A stretch of DNA of 63,513 nucleotides, the filler included, from Octopus bimaculoides (Eukaryota): NCBI RefSeq assembly GCF_001194135.2. It is 4 parts of 4 records of this genome, joined end to end, with 100 filler letters (N's around TTAATTAATTAA, not from the genome) between each part and the next. Parts side by side here need not be neighbours in the genome. Positions count along the whole stretch, not along the records: positions 1 to 25,431 come from NC_068992.1; positions 25,532 to 45,681 come from NC_068981.1; 2 more parts are not named here. One strand, written 5' to 3'. Positions 15,541-27,725 of this stretch are shown piece after piece. Numbering within the stretch: the first letter of the stretch is position 1; each line of letters begins with the position of its first letter. The translations under genes and the position numbers were made by a program. Under the pieces are notes generated by a model, which was not told where the DNA came from, did no database searches, and worked only from the letters and a program-made list of their open reading frames with translations.

Positions 15541-16551
15541 CTGCGGGTGGCCCAACAGGTCACGCGTAATCTAGTATTGCATAGCAATTAGTTTGTAGTG
15601 TAGCTTGTGCTGGAAAGATATTCTTGAAGTTTACGTATCAGTAGTCTCAGGCATCGAACTAACTGGAAAATAACTGAAAATATCTGGTCACCTTTTCTCA
15701 AAATAATACAGTTAGTTTCTTTCCTTAAATGTATCTTAATAAGACTGACATTGGCTGCCATTTTGACAACAGAATGTGTTTTTATTAATTTTAATAAGCT
15801 GAATTTTGCTTGTAAACCACAAATTACTAGCTTGTAGACGGGAAACTATTCTGTCGGGAAACTATTCCTTACTACATCTCTATTAAAATAGGCAAGACTC
15901 ACGTGCTTCTGGAATTATCCTTTAGATAGGAAGGGGAATATATTACTACGCTATTACTTCATATAGTCCATGAGAATTCTGCAATAATATACACTCTTTA
16001 GTAAAATATAATCTCTCCCAAGAGAGTGCAACGGGGCAGGTTATTATTTTTCAATATTTTCCATATATTTAAGAGATTTAATCATGTAAGACATATTTCA
16101 ACTCGAAGCCTTGATATATTTTATGTCACTAAAGTCTATCAGACATTTACTAGTAAAGTTTGCTCATCGAGGTCAGAATTGCAATTGCGAAATACAGCTG
16201 AACGTAAGTGAAAATGCCCATAAAATATAATGTAAATCGTTGAACGACTTGTAATATACTTATCCAAACTGTCATAGTTGCAGTTATCTATTGAAGCATG
16301 AAAGAGGTGGTTTTATGTAGATGCACGAGTGAGCTTATCGGTCTTTGCAGATTGAATATAGGAAGCTTTATCGAAGAAAGAAAATAATGCGATGTTTTAC
16401 ACCATAGTACAAAGAAAAGTAGGATTTCAGTATAGGAAAGAAAACCTAGCAGTATAGTCAAGTTCAATCAACTAATAATGTTTGCTGATGTGCTTTATCT
16501 TCTCACTCTCTATGGATTAATCACATGCTCACACACAGACGTATGTATGTA

Positions 16552-16588
<37 letters not shown>

Positions 16589-17320
16589 AATTGTGTATCC
16601 TCTATCCGTCGTTACCTGGTTCTTTTTAGCATTGTTTATGGCTGTATTGTATACTCTCCTCTTTCCTGATAGAGGGGGGTTTGATGCCATTCAAGAGAGA
16701 TAACGCTGCTAGTTTTAACTGTTTTTGTATTTAGTAGTTCATGATTTGCTTAGTTTTTCTTAGAATTTATCCGTTCTCTGTATCTTAGAGATATATATTT
16801 CTTAAATTTTACTTTTCACTTAATATATTTTGGCATGTCTAATCACAGTTGACAGTTTTTCTTCGTACATCTGAAACGTTTATCAGTTCGTAACCGACAC
16901 AGCTGTCGGCGGAGAGGTAGAAATTATAGTGATCTAGACTAAATGACTTTAATTACAACATTTAATTACCTCACTTGAGTTACGCATTTAAATGCGCGTC
17001 ATGTTCAGAGTCCGAGTCCAGCAGCTGACAACTTGTATTTCAATATTCCAATGTCTAGCATATATCTGTCGGTCGTAAATAACTCTACTTCAATTGATTG
17101 TAACACACACACAAAAAATAATAATAATAACACACCGTCTTGAAACAAATATTTCTATAATATCTGTGTGGGTTGAGCTCCATACTTAACTGATTGTCAG
17201 GTGAACTTCTTAAACCATATTTAACAGCATTTTAAGAAGTAACGTCGGAAAATCAGAGATTATATTCTTGGAATAATTATTTATCGATGGTATAAAAAAT
17301 AAAAATAAACAATACACATA

Positions 17321-17555
17321 GGCGCTGGAGTGGCCGTGTGGTAAGTAGCTTTCATACTAACCACATGGTTTCGAGCTCAGTCCCACTGTATTTGCACCTT
17401 GGGCAAGTGTCTTCTACTTTAGTCTCGGGCCGACCAAAGCTTTGTGAGTGGATTTGATAGACGGAAACACACACACACACACACACACATATGTATGTGT
17501 GTGCGTCAGTGTGTGTGTGTTCGTGTGTCTGTGCTTGTCCTCCCAACATCACTTG
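17321..17555 (+). mobile_element. tRNA-derived SINE (family 2), 5' portion
   Basis: Head ggcgctggagtggccgtgtggtaagtagc and body ccttgggcaagtgtcttctac..gggccgaccaaagc match the full copy at 44811-45227. Confidence 0.8.
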
Positions 17556-17974
17556 TAATTCCAATACACATTTGAATTTTTTATGCAACAAAACTGCATC
17601 TCCTATTCGCGAAAGCACATAGGTATTTGCTTTCGCCTGTCTAGAATGAGGGGCCTTGCTTAGATGTTCAGCAGAACGCGACAAGATTTGCATGGCATTA
17701 GAAAATAAACCGGAAGCATTGGCATAAGTGAGACAATTCGTATTAGTTCGATTGACGAACCTGGTTTCGCTTAGAATCTTCTGCGTAAAAGGAACAAAAA
17801 TGAAAATGATGAATTTTTTAGCAACACTATTTTATTCCTGCAGCTTCATCACCTTAGAAAGAGTAGGGATTATCTCGTAAATAACTAGCTTCCCCACACT
17901 CAAGATTACGCTTTGTAGAATAGTGAAATCGCCCTAGCAATAAGTAGCTTCAGTCTAAATGCATGTATTCTCAT

Positions 17975-18185
17975 ATATTTACTCTTTTGCTTGTTTCCAT
18001 CATTTGGCTGGCCATGTTGGAGCACCGTCTTCACGGATTTTAGTTGAACAAATCGACCCCAGAACATCTTTTAAAGCCTAGTACCTATTCTGTAGCAGTC
18101 TTTTTGCCGATCCGCTAGGTTACGGGGACGTAAACACATTGTCAAGCAATAATGGGCGGACAAAAACAGACACAAAGACACACAC
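17975..18185 (-). mobile_element. SINE family 2, 3' portion
   Basis: Matches the 3' half of 44811-45227. Confidence 0.75.
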
Positions 18186-18224
18186 ACACATAGACACACA
18201 CACACATAGATACACACACACATA

Positions 18225-18287
<63 letters not shown>

Positions 18288-19722
18288 CTTTATGGAATTT
18301 ATGTTATGAAGCTGTGTTGAAATATATATTGCTGTATTTTGGGATACTCTGATACTCTGATACTGTTTCAATAAGCAAACTGCATTTAGCATTATATTAT
18401 TATATTTCAGCCCGAATTACCACCACAAGGGGAAGAAGTAAACCAGCCTATGAGTCCCCGCTTGAAAGGAAGTACATTTTGCTACGAGATTCTCATTTGA
18501 ATCTCCATTTATTTTGGGTTGCACATTCAGAAACTCATGAAACAGTTCAACCTATTTTTAACACGACTCGTTATTCCGAGTTGTCCTCTATACTTGTGAA
18601 GTGGTAAGATTAGAGGATTCAGTGTTTGTGGGGATCACGTACCTTTGTACCGTTATCTTCATAGGTAATCTGATTGGGTTTAGATAATGCTTAGATATTG
18701 TGTCAAGTTTTGGAAGTCTCGGTGGCAAAAGTTACGTAATTATATATAAATTTTCACATATAATTACGTATATACATACACACACACGCAATCACACACA
18801 CACATGCACACGTTCGCACATGTATATGAACAACCTAGGTTATTTGATTCTCTGTCTGAAGAATCTTTAATAGAGACTTTTTTACGTGCTTATCTAGCAT
18901 GTACAGTTTCCCGATTCCTAGTAACAAATGAAAGGTGTGTAATAGCGTATAAATAATACCCCAAAATATTCCAGATTTCCTGTTTTGTTACACACACACA
19001 CACACATAGATATATATGTTTCAGGTTGAATTGAGAATATTTTTTGGAAGTTGCGCGGATGTGAATATATGAGATTATATAATACCAAGACTTGTTTATT
19101 GGTGCGTTGTTATTTATGATAAAAATGTTTGAGACTCTGGCATAAAGAAAAATATTGTAAATTATGCAATTAGTGTATATTGACATTAATAGTTTTGTAG
19201 GAATATTATTTTTAGAGAAATGTTGGCGATATGTTGATAGCAATATCAATATTGGCAACAGTAGAAAAGTATCTTCGCTGTCTACCGACTGATATAATAC
19301 TGACTGATCAAAGACATTAGCTAGATGGCCCACTAATTTAAGTTTTCATGTTGTGAAATATATTAGCAGAAAAATAAAATAATGAGGTGCCATACTTCAC
19401 ACTTAAAATGTACGTATCGCTTCAAATATATAAACTTATACGAGTGTCTGCATTGACTCTGAGCTTTTGCACGTGTCTACACATTTGGTTTTGTAAGAGG
19501 AGTGCGTGTGCGCACGCTCGTATGCGCGTATGTACTTGTTCTAATACTTGATTATTCTGTGAAATGGGAAGTGAAGTGGGCAAGCAACTGAATTACTACG
19601 GCAGTTTTCCGAGCACATGCTAAAGCCAGTCAGAGAACCATCGATATCAGTGACAGTGAAGCAGTGAATGACCTTTTTTCCCATATCATCATTACTGAAT
19701 AATCAAGCGTCAATAATATATA

Positions 19723-20335
19723 TACAAGGCAGAGTCAAAAATTATAAGCGCTCTTATTATCAATGTATTTACACAAAAGCAGGGGATAAGTAAGTACGTC
19801 ATTTTTCTATATAGTATTCTTCCCTTTCGATGCACTTGGTCCAGCGGTTCATAAGCTTGCCTATTCCCTCCATGTAGAAAGTTTTCGTTTTCGGTTGGTC
19901 GTGCAACCATTTGTGCACCGTTTCATTCACCTCTTCATCCGTAGGAAATTGTCGTCATCGTAAACCGATGTGGCGAGATGTAGACTATAAGCAAGGTGTT
20001 TCATCACCTCAAATCGTAATTGGTTAATGGTTTTAATGCTCTTAGCACCGTGTGTGGGCGTGCATTGTCATGCAACCACAAAACCTTCTTCGGCAATGGG
20101 CTTCACCCTTCGGTGCGAATTGCTAACTTCAGTTTGTTGGCCAGAAAAGCAGTGTATTTTACACTATTCATCGTACACCTCTTTTCAAGTTATTCTTCAA
20201 GTATAGGCCTTTTTGGGTCCCAAAGACGAATTAGCATCACCTTTTCTGCGAGAGACTGATTTTTGGATCTTGCCACATAATGATGGACCCCGTATTATCT
20301 CCTGTGACCATTCTGCTGAAAATTTCCTCGCACTG
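19723..20335 (-). mobile_element. mariner (DD34D) transposase remnant
   Basis: Minus strand gives ..KKVLWLHDNARPHT..FPTDEEVNETVHKWLHDQPK..RWTKCIE. A mariner-like terminus TACAAGGCAGAGTCAAAAA is at 19723. Confidence 0.8.
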
Positions 20336-20344
20336 ATTTTTGTA

Positions 20345-20560
20345 GCGATCGTGTGAGCGCGTGGCTTAGTGGTTAAGGCATTCGGCTCACGATCGAAAGG
20401 TCGTGAGTTCAATTCTGTGTCATGCTGAATCTTCCTGAAAACTATGTTAAGGGTACGCGTGTCTGTGGAGTGCTCAGCCACTTGCACGTTACTTTCACGA
20501 GCAAGCTGTTCCCGTGATCGTATCAGCTGGGACACTCGTCGTCGTAACCGACGAAATGTT
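20345..20560 (+). mobile_element. tRNA-derived SINE (family 1 variant) abutting a mariner remnant
   Basis: Head TGGCTTAGTGGTTAAGG..GAGTTCAATTC. The 3' part (gtctgtggagtgctcagccacttgcacgtt..cgtaaccgacgaa) matches 548-910. Confidence 0.75.
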
Positions 20561-22154
20561 CCTACCTACTATATGTGCCTATATTAATATTCTAAATGCC
20601 AGAAACAGACATTCGCAATTTCAGATAAAGTTATTCAATACATATCAAATTATATATAACGCAAGCAAAGGAGTAAGATTTATATATTTATATATTTTGC
20701 ACAATATATTAATGTAAAACCTTACAAATCATAATGAAGCTTTAAACATCAGTATATTATACCTATGTAATGTATAATATATAAAGCGAGTAAGTCTGCA
20801 CACGGTGACAAAAAAATGGAAAATAATAAAATATAATAAAATATAAAAAAACGGAGATGTAACGTATACTTGATGTGTAATATGAAGTAATTAAAGATCT
20901 AATTAAATCTATTATATTCACAGATCTGCACTGTAATATATAATAATGAAGTTATTAATGGAAATATAAACTTTAAAATGGGCTATAATAGAAGTGTTGA
21001 AACAATTATGAAAAACTAATTTCTTCAGTATGAACGCAATGATACATTGCGGCATGCTATGGTACATTTTATGAGATTATCTATATGAAAATAATCAGAT
21101 AAAATTCCATCTGCTACGCTTATTAAACGATCAATGCATGTAGAACCAAGTAATTAACATGTTTTTCGTGACATATGTCTTAAAATTATTGATACATACT
21201 TTAATAATTGATACCAGTCTCAATTTCAGTAGCTACTCTGTTTTTAGAAGAGGCAACTACTGGGGCATAAAGCGGAGTTTAAAATTACTAACACCTATAT
21301 TGTGATATATTTGTCTTTTCATAAGGGTACCGAATATCGCTTCTAACCAAAATTTACCTAACTTAGAACGGATCAGAGAGTGTATGATATTTTCCTTTCC
21401 GTCAAAGAACAGAAACGTTTAGCTCCCAGAAGTATTACGTCTCGTTTATATTTTCAAATGACGCATACACACACACACACTTGCATACGTACACGCATAA
21501 TACACACACATGTATATATACATACATACATACACAGGGACACCCAAACACCCAAACGCACACACACACACACACACATAGTGATTCTGGAAGATAATCA
21601 GGTACACATTTTCGGATGATTTACCAAGTTACCAAGTTACTGCGAAACATTACTTACCGTTTACCCAACGTATCCATAATCATTTCCTTCAGTTCAAACA
21701 GACGAATTAAATTTCCGTCTATATGGATGCAATCGATATCCAAAAGAAAATCACTTGCATTTCTAAAATTTGATAATCTTGATAGCATTATCACTACTCC
21801 AATAGAAAAACTTTTCTCACAATTACTAATGTTACTGCAACTCCTGTTATTATTATTGTTGTTGTAGTTTTTATTATTATCACAAATATAAACAGCAAGT
21901 ATGTTAGCTTGATGCTTGATGACAAGTCTTCCAGAATCTCAAGAACCTTCTTCATCTTTATATGCTAGGTGATTTTGTTTTTTCCTTTTGGATTTGGTAA
22001 ACTCATAGGCAGGACTAGATCTCTCAGTATACTTGTCACAGGGAGTAACACAGAGAGGAAGCATAGCAAAAAGCGAGTCTCCCTGAAAAATACCCTTACT
22101 ATTATTATTATTGTTAATATTATTATTTTTATTTCATTTTCTTTATTCATGACA

Positions 22155-22340
22155 TCGAAGTGACACTGGGGTAAAATATACGAAACCCAGTATATCCATC
22201 ACGACTAACCATCTGATGAGGGTACGACGGACACATGCATCACAGCCATATTTGCGCGATATGATGATCTCATATCAACATAAACAACTCATGACAGTAC
22301 AGGTTAGGCCCAGTTAGAATTTTTTCAGGCCAAGTTGCTA

Positions 22341-22345
<5 letters not shown>
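22155..22345 (+). mobile_element. Unclassified interspersed repeat; partial copy of the element at 59275-59812
   Basis: Reverse complement aligns with 59640-59805 (aaattctaactgggcct..gatgcatgtg..tcgtatatt..cagtgtcactt). Flanked by (TAT)n. Confidence 0.75.
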
Positions 22346-22397
<52 letters not shown>

Positions 22398-24464
22398 GTT
22401 GTTATTATCATTAGTATTATTATTATTTCATCATCATTATTATTACCATTGCTCCATACAACTTTGTGAATAGAATTCTCCTTATTATCAGCCATATTGG
22501 CGTTTCTCTTCCTATTCCTCTCCCTACTCCGATATTCTAAACATTTGTATTTTCATTCATACCCCACTCTTTCTCTGTCTCTCTGTCTCTCTGTCTCTCT
22601 GTCTCTCTCTCTCTTTTCTATTATCACTTGGTCTTCCTTTTCCTTTTGTCCATTCTTTGTTATTTCTTTTACATTTTAGTTAATTTAAGCGGGAAGTGAA
22701 ATTCTGTTGCTGAGATGCGAAATGACGGTTACAACCAAATGTAGTTTTCCCATTTATTATCCATTCACAGATTAATATCTTTGTGACTGAAAGTTAAACG
22801 GAAATTGCATGAATATGGTTTTGAATATGAATGCGGTTTTTAAGAAAAGAACGACGTAAGTGCTTTTGTAAATGTGAACACACGATTTCTAATTTGAAAT
22901 CATAACTCTAAAGAAATATAAGCACAAATGGGGGACAATAAAAAAGTGCAACTGCAAAAATAGGTAATAGATTGAGTAGAAGGGTCTGAAAAGAGTAGAA
23001 AGGACTGAAAAAATAGGGGCCAGGTCAACATAGAAATACGGTGCTAAGAGCAAAATTAGGGAAGCCAAAACTGCGAACGTTGGCTCAGAGACACCCACTT
23101 AAACCAATAAGCAAGGTTCTTCATGTGAAGCCCGACTCGATATTAACTGTGGCCAGTATCTTCTATTGGCAAAGCGCGAACACTAGATATTTTTCTTTAA
23201 ATGAAAGCTGATAAACATTGCTCATGTTCATTTAAAGCATCACCAACCTTTCTGGGAGCGATGTAAGTTTTCTGAAAGTGGAGACTCGAATCATATTCTT
23301 TCACGAGAATAGATTCGGTTCAATGAACTTTAAGTACCAGGTGAGTCAGTTAAGTGGCTGAGGGCTTATGTCTACATAAAAGCAGACTCTGGTTTGATCT
23401 ACTCTCAGAAGAAAAGAAAAAGAATAGCTACTGTAAGTCATCCAATCACAAGTACTTGCTATCAGGCCAAATCATTACCAGTGAAATATAAGAGAGCCAA
23501 GGAAAAAATAAAACAAGAAAATTTACCTCTGGAGTCAGCGAGACACATAATATACCACAGGTTACACGATCGTACGCTTTTTGTCGTTGTTAAGATATAT
23601 GTTTATTTCAAGTGTCCTTTGAAAGAGATATCAAGTCCACATTTATTTTATAGGATTTTTAGATGTCCCTATCGGAATATGCAGCAGTTTTTGATAGGCT
23701 TGTTTTACATAAACATTTGAATGACCTCGTCTACGAATTCATAGCTCAGACACTGAGATTGATCACCATATAGAAAGAGACTGCACAGTTGAACTCTTCA
23801 ATGCATCTTCATTTGACGTTGATAAACTTGTGGAAGAAATTTTAAAGAATACGTTTTAGCTGCGCGAATGTCATTATGTTATCAGTTCTAGTATTGAGAG
23901 ACATACATAACATAATACTTTGTTATGATAATATGATGGCCCATTTACTGAAAATCATGCTAAAAAAAGGAGAGAGCATTATTCTGTTTTTAAAAATATA
24001 TGGCAATGAGAAACGTAAATGATCTATCTAGCTGCAACTGCAAAAAGACAAATGAGCATTCATGATTAGTTTACTTTCAAATTCGAGAATCATAAAGCTA
24101 AGGTGTTTCACACATCATCAGGTATTACCTCAATAGCGTTCATTTTTCAAGGGCATGAATCACTCTCGCTTTTAAGTTCCTTTGTAACTGAAATACTGCA
24201 AGTTTTAGTAAAATCGCCCATGAACATGCCAAAAAGAAATAAACAAATATCTAGTTAAAAATCCTTGCTGGGTTTAAATCTTCACTAGCATGAACCAAAT
24301 TTATAATTCTTAAACATCGTCCACGCACGCACACACACGCACACATATATACACACATACACGCACATACTCACGCACACAGAGGCATATATGCGTAAGT
24401 GCATGACTATAAGCAGGTGTGTGTGTGCACGTGCATTTATATATATATATATATATGTATGTAT

Positions 24465-24498
<34 letters not shown>

Positions 24499-25431
24499 CT
24501 GTATCTGCGCATGTAATCTACATACATATTAATTTTTCCATAATCTATTTAATTATTGGTATCTCTTTCGTTCATTTAGTTGACGTCGATTCATTACTCA
24601 CTTCCGAAAAATATGATTCCATATAATTTGCGCGTATCGCTATCGACCTTAGTGAGCTCCTGTGTTCTTGATAGCGTTTGTATGTTTGTGTATATGCGTA
24701 TGTGATTATGATATTTGTACGTGTTCATATTTGTTTTTGATTTTTGCTGATATAAGTGACGGTCGAATATTATTCGCGTCTGCGTGCGTGTGTTTTATTT
24801 GAGAAATACTGCGAAGTGTTTATCGGTTTATGGCCTTAAACCCTTCCCAGCTATTACCATCAGTGTCAGCTGAGCAGTAATCCGCATCATCCTTGCTACA
24901 AACATCGTCACTGCTATCAACATCTCTGCCTATCAATAATTTTCAATTCTCTTCTGAGTTCACCACCTCCAACCGCACCCTCATCACCACCACTGAACTA
25001 TTCTGCGTCCTCCCATCTTCCTTACTACAAGCAAATTTTCCAACCGCTGCTCCACCATCGCCTTGTTCTTCACCGCCACAATCATTCTGCTAACACGACA
25101 CCCATCTTCTCATATAACCCATTATGAGTAAACAGTACCACAATACTCCCTATCTTCACCACATTTGACAATATATATATACAACATATTCATAACCTTA
25201 AATCACTTTGAGATTCATTATGAGCTATTTTCAAATTAGCCTCATCAAGCACCATCCACGCCGCCATCTCTTCCGTTATCTGGCCATTGAAAATTCCTAT
25301 TGAAAATTCAATTGCCAGATAACTGATGAGATGGCGGCGTGGGTTTCTGCCCCGGCATCCCAAACTCGGAGTTTTATCATGGCTACCGAATAAGTGTCAC
25401 ATATTTTTACAGATATATATATATATATATA

Positions 25432-25531
25432 NNNNNNNNNNNNNNNNNNNNNNNNNNNNNNNNNNNNNNNNNNNNTTAATTAATTAANNNNNNNNNNNNN
25501 NNNNNNNNNNNNNNNNNNNNNNNNNNNNNNN
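25432..25531. other. Artificial 100-bp scaffold spacer (44 N + TTAATTAATTAA + 44 N); also 45682-45781 and 60914-61013
   Basis: The same geometry occurs three times, and the 12-mer encodes stops in all six frames. Confidence 0.95.
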
Positions 25532-27444
25532 GACAAGGGGCAACACCCTGAAACTAGTCTAGTCTGCAGATGCCAAACCAGCAGGGGGACACTGCTGACC
25601 TCCCCTGTTCGAAGGTTATAAAGGACACAGGTTTCGTGTGTCACATAGCTAGAGGCAATGGCTTCTTGGAGCTAATTCACGGCAGCTTTCGTCCTAATTT
25701 TGGGACTGCCATGTTGGCTTGGCGATAACTATTAATTTCCAGTACCGCTGCCGTAGTCTCCTTTAGAGAGACTTAGAAATATTAATAACTCTATATATAT
25801 ATATATATGTACTTGCATTTACATATGTATGCATGCACACGCACACACGCACTCACTTATTTCTCTTGATTCTTTACAGCACTCAATGCGTACACGTTGA
25901 GTGTTGATAAATAATTGTTAAATACGGATGACTCAAAAAGGCCCTGGCATTGGAATTTAGCAGAACGTGGTGACTAAGCGCCAAATAGTGCCTATTGGCC
26001 GGGAGAGAGATATTCTACCATTGTGATGGAGTGGACCCCGGAAGGAGGAGAATGACCAAATGGACAACATGATAACAATGGCTGTCGGCCCCTGAGTGGA
26101 TCTAAGCGGAAAACGAACAATCGGTATGTTTAGAGAGGGGTCATCATCCCGTGTATATATATATATATATATATATATTATTCAAAACAATCGAATTCAA
26201 CTCCAGATTAACCGTAATTGACATTAAAAAAATCTGCTTATTAGCTTTATTCTTAGTTCTGTAAGAGCTCTAAGTTGTTAAGCCATTTTTAATCAAATCT
26301 GGTTGCGAGATCATTAACATTATGAATACAAGGAAGTCGCTGTTATTTTACAACGATCTTGTCTCGCTTCTGAGTAAAGAGAAGCGGAAATAAATATAGG
26401 CATTTACGATAGAGCAATGTTTTGAAATTTATCATATCTAATACATAAAGAAAATCGAACACGATCGACTAGTATATGGCCATCTGGTAGATTCGAGCGT
26501 GAATATTTGTTTGCAGTTGTGTTTTGGCATTGGAAAACATCTTCTTACTTTATAATGTGTGTGTTCGTTCATAACACTCACAATTTACCGGTGTAAAGGA
26601 TTTTGTGATCCACACACTGTGCGGACCGTGTTCTGTGACACCTCAGACAAAGCAATCCCGGCTGACCAATAAATCTATAAAGACAACAAACACTGTATAG
26701 GAATAAGCAATTTAATTAACAGCGATTAGAACGTGTTAAGAGTGAATAGATACGTTATTGCCTAGATTCTAAGTTATGTGCACGCATACCATAAATTAGA
26801 AATTTTTTTTTCTAAATATAATAGAATTAGTTATAAATACCTGTAGAAAACAAATGCTTGTTACATCTTTTTGTGTCTAATTCAGTTTTGTACAGTCACA
26901 TGGAGGCATGTTCCTTCGTACTGTATATATATCATTCAATTAATTAACTACTGAAATACATTTCTTGATTACAGGACAAGGTATATTAACTTGTTGACCT
27001 GCAACTATATAGATTTATTTATTCTCATTGTGTAGCTGCTCCGAAACATTTGTAGAGACTATTGTGAGAGCCAGAAAATATTCTGTGAAGGAATTATATA
27101 ACATAGTAAAACTTATAAAGAAGAATATAAAATGATATCATCATCGTTGTTTATTCCAATCCAAAACAAAACAGATTTTGTTGTTACAGATGTGAGCAAT
27201 TGTGATACAATTAGAACCGACACTATCTTAAAGTGGATCTGTGTCAGGCAAAACAGTAACCGTACGAAAATGTAAAAAGCTATGTTAAAATCAGAGAAAG
27301 CAGGCGAAAGAGCATATATCACAATTTAGCCAACCAACTGTATATCAATGACAATTACAGTAAGACTTACTACATTGGGCCATGGTACAAGCGAAGTTCT
27401 AGAAATTATTAAGAACTCTTACACAAAGGCCAGATCACTACTCA

Positions 27445-27605
27445 CCGGACGTAAACACTTCCGTATAGGTTATAGTTCCGCGAGTTGATATTCTCAAAAA
27501 GAAATATTCTGCATTCTTTTATGAGTAACATTGCACGGACATCCTACAACTGGTGCCCACAACTATATATATTGAACGAGTTCAAGACAGTCGACATCAT
27601 TTAGA
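27445..27605 (+). promoter_or_regulatory. Putative promoter of IL-17 gene A
   Basis: TATATATA at 27564-27571, Inr-like CAGT/TCATT at about 27588-27601, GTAAACA (forkhead-like) at 27451-27457 overlapping ACTTCCG (ETS, minus strand) at 27457-27463. It lies upstream of the homologous exon 1. Confidence 0.5.
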
Positions 27606-27722
27606 AGCAAACCACATTAAGAAACTATCTTGCTGCTTTTCTGCATTACAGACTTACTGCCATACTGCTGCCATCTTGCACTTTCTGTTTCAAAGAGTAC
27701 AATCACAACAGTTAAAATAACG

Positions 27723-27725
27723 ATG
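27723..27725 (+). CDS. IL17: IL-17-like gene A, coding part of exon 1 (start ATG only, phase-0 intron follows)
   Basis: ATG|GTAAGT. The flanks align with exon 1/intron 1 of gene B: GTTAAAATAACGATG|gtaagtagactttagtttatattatctggt versus ATGAAGATAACCAGC|gtaagtaaacttcagtagttagcattatctgat. A TATA-like box lies upstream. The frame is closed upstream by TAA at 27618-27620, so there is no other in-frame ATG. Confidence 0.75.

Noticed and set aside
22205-22235. CTGATGAG motifs at about 22214, 25323, 60301 and 62170 as hammerhead ribozymes
   Set aside because: None has a paired stem II leading to a correctly placed GAAA.
25476-25487. TTAATTAATTAA palindrome recurring at 25476, 45726 and 60958
   Set aside because: Always centred in 44 N + 44 N. 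It is an assembler spacer with six-frame stops, not biology. Distances across these points are unreliable.
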